This document shows positions 62,067 through 64,000 of a DNA stretch of 64,000 nucleotides, in pieces. Every line of letters begins with the position of its first letter. Within the stretch, counting starts at the first letter, position 1. This DNA comes from an uncultured Acidimicrobiales bacterium (lineage in GTDB: Bacteria > Actinomycetota > Acidimicrobiia > Acidimicrobiales > SHLQ01), in assembly GCA_937934655.1 (NCBI GenBank), contig CALGZB010000245.1, forward strand, positions 13,448 through 77,447. Direction: 5' to 3'. The position numbers were made by a program, and so were the translations under genes. The notes under the pieces are model-generated. The model searched no databases and was not told the DNA's origin. It was given only the letters and a program-made list of their open reading frames with translations.

Positions 62067-63509
62067 ATGACTGCCCTGCTCAGCGACGTAGCCGCTACAT
62101 TCAACGTTGTGCCGGATTGGACATACCTCCCGCTGAAGAACCCGGCTGCGGGTGTTCTTGGGAGCCATGCCAAGGCCCAGAAGTCGGGGCTTCGGGTCAT
62201 CACCACAGTGGCCAAGCTTCCCTTTGGTGATCGAATCATTCGCGGTTTCGACTACACCTACGATCATCCAGAAACCGCCGTTCAAACCGCCAGTGGCGAC
62301 TTCGCCTCCCCCATCGGTGTCGTCGTTTCAAACGAGTCCGACGCCAGCACGACAGCGTTTCGCTCGATGGGTTTCGGTTTCGCCAACGAATCCGATTCGC
62401 TGCCAGCAGAGGCTCAGCACTCCAACGCCACCACGGTTGCGGGCTTAATCCAGGAGCTCGATGACGGGGCCACACTGCTCATCGCCAATGAGGCCACCAT
62501 TTCGCAGGGGCCGGCTACGGCACAGCGGGTAAACGAAGCGTTGGTCGAGCGACATCATGCACACAACGCCATCGAGCCGGTGCAGTGGCTCAAGCCGTGG
62601 ACATGGCCGGCCTGGGTTTGGGCACTTTGGCTCGGCATCGCCATGGTTTGTGGCGGTATCGGCGCCACCGTTATCGCTCTTGGTCCGGTCCTGCTCGGCT
62701 ACGACGAAGAGTTCCTTGGTGTCGGCGTCGATGGGCTTCGAGCCGTGAACGACCAGTTGGTGCCGTTCATCCAACACGATCGCATCACCATGGCCGGTTG
62801 CATGATGGCTATTGGTTGTAACGACATCGGTTTTGCGTTGGCGATGCGTCGAGGGTGGCGCTGGGCTCGGGCCGGATTCCTCTTTGCTGGAGCCATTGGT
62901 TTCCCAACGTTCTTCCTGTTCCTTGGCTATCGGTTCTTCGATCCGCTGCACTTTGCGGTGGCGGTTGGGTTCTTTCCGCTCTATCTGGGCGGCGTGTTCG
63001 GCCGGAAGGTGGCGCCTACCTGGCGAGCACCTGCGGAAGTCGACGCTGCTGTCCGACGGAAGGCCCTCGATGCGCAGCTGATGATGGTGCTGCTATCGGC
63101 GGGCGTATTCATCTCGGGCTTCTACATCATGAGCATCGGGCTCCGGGATGTATTGATTCCGTCGGATCTCGTTTTTCTCGGCGGCGGCGAACAGGAAGTG
63201 TTCTCTTCAGCTCTCGATGGCCGTCTGCTTCGGTTCATCGCCCACGACCGTGCCGGCTTTGGAGGCGCACTTGCGTCGCTCGGCGCTGGACTACTCACCA
63301 CCAGTCTTTGGGGTTGGCGGGCCGGCGAGCGATCGACGTGGTGGTTACTACTCGTCGCTTCGGTAACCGGCTTTGGCGCAGCACTCGTCATACACCTTGT
63401 GGTTGGCTACCGCGACGTTCTCCACTTGGCGCCCGTGTACGTGGGCATCGTCTGGGTCGGCCGAGTGCTTTGGCTCAGCAACGACTGGTTTCGGACGCCG
63501 GCCGACTAA
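62067..63509 (+). CDS. Polytopic membrane protein with ~150-aa soluble N-terminal domain, hypothetical
   Basis: The real gene is the 3' two-thirds of the 760-aa ORF 61227..63509, starting at MTALLSD. The upstream part is antisense to the TetR gene. About 8 hydrophobic helices follow aa 170. Confidence 0.6.
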   Translation: MTALLSDVAATFNVVPDWTYLPLKNPAAGVLGSHAKAQKSGLRVITTVAKLPFGDRIIRGFDYTYDHPETAVQTASGDFASPIGVVVSNESDASTTAFRSMGFGFANESDSLPAEAQHSNATTVAGLIQELDDGATLLIANEATISQGPATAQRVNEALVERHHAHNAIEPVQWLKPWTWPAWVWALWLGIAMVCGGIGATVIALGPVLLGYDEEFLGVGVDGLRAVNDQLVPFIQHDRITMAGCMMAIGCNDIGFALAMRRGWRWARAGFLFAGAIGFPTFFLFLGYRFFDPLHFAVAVGFFPLYLGGVFGRKVAPTWRAPAEVDAAVRRKALDAQLMMVLLSAGVFISGFYIMSIGLRDVLIPSDLVFLGGGEQEVFSSALDGRLLRFIAHDRAGFGGALASLGAGLLTTSLWGWRAGERSTWWLLLVASVTGFGAALVIHLVVGYRDVLHLAPVYVGIVWVGRVLWLSNDWFRTPAD

Positions 63510-64000
63510 CCCGCCGTTACCTCTACCGGGATTCCGTTGACCGCGGCGTTACCGGATGGTTGGTCGACGAAGTTTGGTGGCGCAAGAAGGTTGTTGTTGA
63601 CGCCGGCGTGTTCGGCGGCCACCGAGAGGCGAACGCCGTCGAGGTTGTGGCCCCAGCCATGAGGCATCGAGACCACGCCAGGCAGCATCTCGTCGCTGAT
63701 CTCTACCGGCACTTCGAGGCTGCCGTTTTCCGAGCTCACCACTGCTACGGCGCCGTCGGCCAAGCCGCGGGGCTCAGCGTCGACGGGATGAATGATGAGT
63801 GTGCACCGCTCTTTGCCTTTCACGAGCACCTTCACGTTGTGCAGCCACGAGTTGTTCGAGCGGACGTGCCGACGGCTGATGAGGAGGAGTCCGTCGTTGG
63901 CTCGCTCGGCCCGTTCCTTCAACCGGTCGATATCGGCGACGACGTATGCCGGAGCAACGTCGACCCTACCGTTGGGGGTGTCGAGGATGCCGGGTAGCTC
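63506..64000 (-). CDS. C-terminal part of a molybdopterin oxidoreductase (MopB C-terminal barrel domain); the gene continues beyond the window
   Basis: RSNNSWLHN...IHPVDA...GLADGAVAVVSSENGSLEVPVEISDEMLPGVVSMPHGWGH. The frame stays open to position 64000. Confidence 0.75.
   Translation of the reverse strand, partial: ELPGILDTPNGRVDVAPAYVVADIDRLKERAERANDGLLLISRRHVRSNNSWLHNVKVLVKGKERCTLIIHPVDAEPRGLADGAVAVVSSENGSLEVPVEISDEMLPGVVSMPHGWGHNLDGVRLSVAAEHAGVNNNLLAPPNFVDQPSGNAAVNGIPVEVTAG

Noticed and set aside
1-64000. Mobile elements, prophage, rRNA or tRNA genes, toxin-antitoxin pairs, or classical defence islands
   Set aside because: I recognised no transposase, integrase, recombinase or phage structural motifs, no tRNA-like T-arm sequences, and no long terminal inverted repeats. 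The helicase-nucleases present (AdnAB, HelD-like) match housekeeping repair and transcription factors rather than known defence systems.

Overview
GC-rich window with strong G/C bias at codon third positions and tightly packed, often overlapping genes. The gene content (AdnAB-type helicase-nuclease, Ada-AlkA/Ogt operon, F420-type LLM oxidoreductase, HelD-like helicase) points to an actinobacterial chromosome. I found no rRNA, tRNA, CRISPR array, transposase or prophage. Order of content: (1) DNA repair block: adnA (5' partial), adnB, an NYN-domain gene, ogt and ada-alkA. (2) Mixed metabolism: LLM oxidoreductase, pentapeptide-repeat protein, GpgS-like glycosyltransferase, photolyase-related protein, acyl-CoA ligase, BI-1. 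(3) A GH43 / GH13_18 sugar phosphorylase / hydrolase operon. (4) A cell-surface and c-di-GMP cluster: DUF11 surface protein, membrane-anchored Zn-metallopeptidase, two degenerate GGDEF-EAL paralogs and a GH26-like hydrolase. (5) A HelD-like helicase interrupted by one in-frame TAG. (6) An envelope cluster, a GT2 and an amidase. (7) A two-gene molybdopterin oxidoreductase with a fused FeS-NrfD subunit. (8) An arsR / arsI-cadI metalloid locus. (9) An 8-gene ABC transporter / DUF1989 x2 / urea(guanidine) carboxylase / allophanate hydrolase operon with an upstream TetR. (10) A 3'-end fragment of another molybdoenzyme at the window edge. The observations most worth follow-up are the split HelD, a 12-bp-stem hairpin element present twice, an orphan minus-strand terminator between adnB and the NYN gene, an apparently domain-permuted photolyase-like protein, and a speculative Lap-like adhesin/protease/c-di-GMP-receptor arrangement. 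All functional calls come from motifs read by eye in the supplied translations. No database search was run.
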